A DNA stretch of 64,000 bases from Candidatus Poriferisocius sp. (lineage in GTDB: Bacteria > Actinomycetota > Acidimicrobiia > Acidimicrobiales > Bin134). Shown in pieces: positions 60,901 through 64,000 of the stretch; the first letter of the stretch is position 1; each line of letters starts with the position of its first letter. Under the pieces are notes generated by a model. The model saw only the letters and a list, made by a program, of their open reading frames with translations, had not been told where the DNA came from and did no database searches. Where the stretch lies: assembly GCA_965221865.1 (NCBI GenBank), contig OZ244918.1, forward strand, positions 1,702,816 through 1,766,815, in the 5' to 3' direction. The position numbers were made by a program, and so were the translations under genes.

Positions 60901-63900
60901 TGGGCTGGTTTAGAGGTAGGTTTTGGTGTTTCATCTAAACAAGCGTTCACGGTGCCTAGGTTGGTTGGTTGGTTGCCTGGTGATGGGGTGTTCACAGTTG
61001 TTAGGGGTTCACGTGTTGTGATTACGGGTGGTGATACAGCTAGGAGTTGGTCTGAGGATTTCATGTCCACAGTATTAGAAAACGAAGAGGTGGTAGCCGA
61101 TGTTGACAGTGTTTTAGGTGTGAATGTGTTGCAAGCACATTCACAGGTTGTGGGTGTTGCTACTGCTGCGCGTAGGGTTTTACGGGAGGTAGCAGAAAAG
61201 ATAGCTGCCGATTTGGAAGCTGTCACAGGTTTTGATGTGCCTGTGGTGGTGGTTGATGATATTCAAAGTGCGCGTGCTGGTGACATTGTGTTGGATGTAG
61301 CTGATAGTTCGGTTGAAGGGTTGGGGGTGGAAGGTTACACATTGTTTGTGGGTGATGTGGTAAGGATTGTTGGGAATACTTCTACTGGCGTGTTTTGGGG
61401 GTCGAGGTCTTTGCTGCAATTGTTAGCAGCATCTGAAACCGGTTTGGTGGTACCAGCAGGTTCGGTGCGTGATATTCCTTCAGCGGTTAGCGCTGTGAGA
61501 TCTTTGCATTTAGATAAAGCAGCCAGGTTTTACAGTCCAACACATTTACAACAGTTGATCGGGTTGTTGTCTTGGCACAAACTAAACGTGTTACACCTTG
61601 ATTTCACTTTCGCTAATGGTAGATACGATCAAGCGGTTTGGCTTTCGGATTTAGAAAACTTCGCTCGCGACCATCATGTGGCAGTAATCGTTAGCGAACC
61701 GCTTGCCGACACTACACCACCCGCAGAACAAGCAGACAGGCTAGTTGCTGAAAGTTTTGTTAGCAGCGGTGTGGTTGGGAGTGTTGTTGGTGACGGTGAT
61801 GCAGGGTTAGTTGAGAGCACAGTCACACAAGACCGTCAACAATTAGCTAACACTGTGTCTGGTGTGAGCGCGGATCGTTGGGTGAGGGGACACCGTTTTG
61901 TTTTAGGACGTCAACTTGTGTTACCTGATTTAGCGGCTATTCACAGTCTGGCTAGCAAACTGAATGGGCCCGGTGAGGTGGGTGCTGGACTGTTCGTGGG
62001 CGGCCCGTTAGCTTTAGCAGCCACCGACGGGTTCATCAACTATCATTTAGGTTCGTCTTTAGCAGTGCTCGGTGACCGGTTATGGAACGAGCAGGCATCT
62101 AACTGGACAGTCGACGAGTTCCTAACAGCTAAAAACATTATCGGTTCACCGCTCACAACAAAAACCGTTCACAACTCTGAACAACATCGCGGGCTCATAC
62201 ACCACTGGAGTTTCAACAATGTGAAATATTATCAAACCTCTGAAAACACAGCAGATAAGACAAGCTATTTACTAATACCCGATCATACGGGCAGAGCTGA
62301 CGGATATGCGATCGGTGACCCACAAAAATTTCCTCGGCTAAACGCTGACAGCCGTCTTTTAGGTCAAAGCATAGAATTCGGGCACAGCGAACAAGTCCTA
62401 AACCAAGACGGCATAGAACTAGGCGCCACAGACTTACCAGTACCATGGACCCTGTCAGCGTGGGTGAAACGAACCGGCAACCATCCCGGAGCGACACTAC
62501 TAAACTCAATTAACGGGGCGATACGCCTACAACAACACAACAAACCCGTAATAGGCCTCCTAGACCGCACAAACACACCATACACATACCACAACTTTGA
62601 CTACACCCTGCCACTAAACAAATGGGTACACCTAACACTCATCGCCACCCAACAAGGCACAGTACTATACGCTGATAGCCGTCTTGTCGGCTCAGTGCCC
62701 AAGTCGATTTCGTTGCCGCTACAACAAATCGGGTTTGAAAACCTCATCGGCCTAAAAGCCAAAATAGATGATATCAAAATATGGGGGCAACCACTTGTTT
62801 CTGCTGTCAACCAAGTTATATCCACCCCAACAACACCCATTGATCAACCCATAGTGCCCGAGCTGGTTGCTACACCACCATTAGAACCCGGTTTAGTAGC
62901 AGTGTCGCTGGATGTGAACAACTCGGGCACAGTCACAGAGGGTGGCACGTTGACGGTCACTGCGACATTAGCGGCAGCGGCCGCAGCGAACGTTACGATT
63001 CCAGTGCGCGTTGCCTCCGGTGGCACAGCAGGAGCTGGTGATTACACACTTTCTGCTTCGGGGAACATTACTATTAGCAGCGGTTCCACATCAGGCACTT
63101 TGACGTTTAATGCTACCGATGACAGTATTGATGAAAACAATGAGACGCTAACATTAGAGTTCGGTACGCTACCTGCCGGTTATCGTGCTGGCAGCCCGTC
63201 AAGTGTGAACATCACCATAACAGACAACGACACAGCGGGTGTGACCATCACCGAGACCGGTGACAGCACATCGGTAGCAGAAAACGCTGGTACTGACACT
63301 TACACCGTCGTGTTAGACACCCAGCCAACCCATGATGTGTCGGTGGCGGTCACATCAACAGGGCCTGTGGCGTTTGATGGACCAGATGATGCGACCGCGT
63401 ACACCACAAGTGAAACATTAACGTTCACACCAACTAACTGGGCGACAGCGCAGACGATCACAGTGCAAGGCCAAAACGATGATGTGGACAACACTGGCGG
63501 GTCGCGTAGCGCGACACTCTCTCATGATGTGTCGTCCAGCGACACGGCTTATAACGCTATAGCTGACCAAGATGTCACCGTAACGGTGACCGATGATGAT
63601 GCGACGCCTGAGATTGATTTAAGTGTGAACCCGGCAACGGTGGCAGAAGATGCTGGCGCGACCACGGTGACAGTTACCGCCACGGTTGATGACGCGACCA
63701 TCAGATTTGACGCGGCGAAAACGGTAGCAGTGTCGGTTACAGGGTCGGGTGAGGCTAACCGGGTCGGGTTCACAGCGGTCAACAACTTCAACATTACTAT
63801 CGCTGCTGGCCAACCGTCGGGGAGTAACACGTTCACGCTCACACCAGATGATGACAGCACTGATGAGACCGACGAGACAATCACCATATCGGGCACTTCA

Positions 63901-64000
63901 ACTGGGCTAACCATCAACCCGGCGACGTTGACCCTCACCGACGATGATGCTCTTGCACTTGTTAGCATGCCTGTCACGTTGGGGGTCAACAACTCGGGCA
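59206..64000 (+). CDS. Giant surface protein 2 (partial, continues past the window)
   Basis: Domain order is TM/signal, LamG, 3x FN3, GH20-like, LamG, Calx-beta-like repeats. Frame 1 is open from the stop at 59191-59193 to the window end, checked by hand translation of several segments. It is absent from the ORF track because no stop is reached. Recognisable landmarks include W.VGLWVKR...LFVDG...DDLRVWGR.LSAGEV (LamG_3), FRVSWGRPVDAGGFDVSGFEVRYR (FN3), EGYTLFV...GVFWGSRSLLQLL...D.P....R.LHLD.AR.FYS...L..LI.LLS.HKLNVLHLDF (GH20-like), and ..TITDNDTAGV.. (Calx-beta-like). Confidence 0.85.
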   Translation, partial: MLVGGFCFRVVCGLVVVLGLFVSGLGVGGGVVAEGGGFVGVGVGGSGVVVGVGDVGVGGVLGVGGGSDLFWGLDGLEGLEGVGGGVGVVGGRVGGGLLFGGDGFLDLGVGVGGGGGFGFEGCGSGESGVVEGVVEELMSDTVVADSGCGWSVGLWVKRVGGVVGGSVLLGSLEGGDSLLLEGVGGRVGVGRLGGVVRSFGFGTPLGEWVYLVFVGSSGGVGLFVDGVLVGWVGGGVGLSLGVLGGGVGGVGGVRAVLDDLRVWGRVLSAGEVAGVFGGFEPLLVPGVVEGLVGADVGVGSVGLGWLAPVGGGGVEGFEVRWREEGSGVWLGEGVVEVSAQGKGEEGYGFVADGLGVGVAYEFWVRAVNGVGGGGWVSVRFVAGVSGVADVVSGLRVSSEPGGFRVSWGRPVDAGGFDVSGFEVRYRRGGGGGWVSEFVGDTERGLVVDGLVVGGAYEVQVRVLTGFGAGLWVSGRVVVGREGVPGVPGGLLVDVGADGVVLLWDAPVSDGGVGVDGYEVRYRRGGFWSEPVGLESWVRGYEFSGLVRGVDHVLLVRAINERGPGSWAGLEVGFGVSSKQAFTVPRLVGWLPGDGVFTVVRGSRVVITGGDTARSWSEDFMSTVLENEEVVADVDSVLGVNVLQAHSQVVGVATAARRVLREVAEKIAADLEAVTGFDVPVVVVDDIQSARAGDIVLDVADSSVEGLGVEGYTLFVGDVVRIVGNTSTGVFWGSRSLLQLLAASETGLVVPAGSVRDIPSAVSAVRSLHLDKAARFYSPTHLQQLIGLLSWHKLNVLHLDFTFANGRYDQAVWLSDLENFARDHHVAVIVSEPLADTTPPAEQADRLVAESFVSSGVVGSVVGDGDAGLVESTVTQDRQQLANTVSGVSADRWVRGHRFVLGRQLVLPDLAAIHSLASKLNGPGEVGAGLFVGGPLALAATDGFINYHLGSSLAVLGDRLWNEQASNWTVDEFLTAKNIIGSPLTTKTVHNSEQHRGLIHHWSFNNVKYYQTSENTADKTSYLLIPDHTGRADGYAIGDPQKFPRLNADSRLLGQSIEFGHSEQVLNQDGIELGATDLPVPWTLSAWVKRTGNHPGATLLNSINGAIRLQQHNKPVIGLLDRTNTPYTYHNFDYTLPLNKWVHLTLIATQQGTVLYADSRLVGSVPKSISLPLQQIGFENLIGLKAKIDDIKIWGQPLVSAVNQVISTPTTPIDQPIVPELVATPPLEPGLVAVSLDVNNSGTVTEGGTLTVTATLAAAAAANVTIPVRVASGGTAGAGDYTLSASGNITISSGSTSGTLTFNATDDSIDENNETLTLEFGTLPAGYRAGSPSSVNITITDNDTAGVTITETGDSTSVAENAGTDTYTVVLDTQPTHDVSVAVTSTGPVAFDGPDDATAYTTSETLTFTPTNWATAQTITVQGQNDDVDNTGGSRSATLSHDVSSSDTAYNAIADQDVTVTVTDDDATPEIDLSVNPATVAEDAGATTVTVTATVDDATIRFDAAKTVAVSVTGSGEANRVGFTAVNNFNITIAAGQPSGSNTFTLTPDDDSTDETDETITISGTSTGLTINPATLTLTDDDALALVSMPVTLGVNNSG

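Overview
The window looks like an actinobacterial chromosome segment, inferred from gene order tRNA-Trp/secE/nusG/rplKAJL/rpoBC/rpsLG/fusA/tuf/rpsJ, a PAC2 gene and an ACT-domain SerB. The conserved core (20.6-36.6 kb) is flanked by accessory DNA. On the left are two decayed IS30-family copies bracketing an AT-rich two-gene cargo, an S1-domain protein, and a small defence/TA island (NTPase, DUF4143 fragment, HTH-ImmA + DUF4411, vapBC). These are followed by a GH38 mannosidase + sugar ABC operon and five tRNAs. On the right are serB, PAC2, GNAT, a Clp-fold protease, orphan oppDF-like ATPases, RDD, and an ArsC-family gene with an in-frame TGA at the catalytic Cys. The right side also holds a 2666-aa Calx-beta/FN3 surface protein, a reductive pyrimidine-catabolism cluster, and a DinJ-like/TM/His-repeat fusion. 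It ends with a second giant ORF (59206 to beyond 64000, frame 1) that is absent from the ORF track because it has no stop in the window. The most unusual signal is a mosaic of sharply bounded tracts, 0.1-2 kb long, where one strand is almost only G+T (so the other is C+A). These tracts occur only in the IS remnants and the giant-gene regions. Comparing paralogous copies shows purely unidirectional C->T and A->G differences, the signature of single-strand deamination. Long poly-G tracts (G15, G11) lie about 50 nt upstream of both giant-gene starts.
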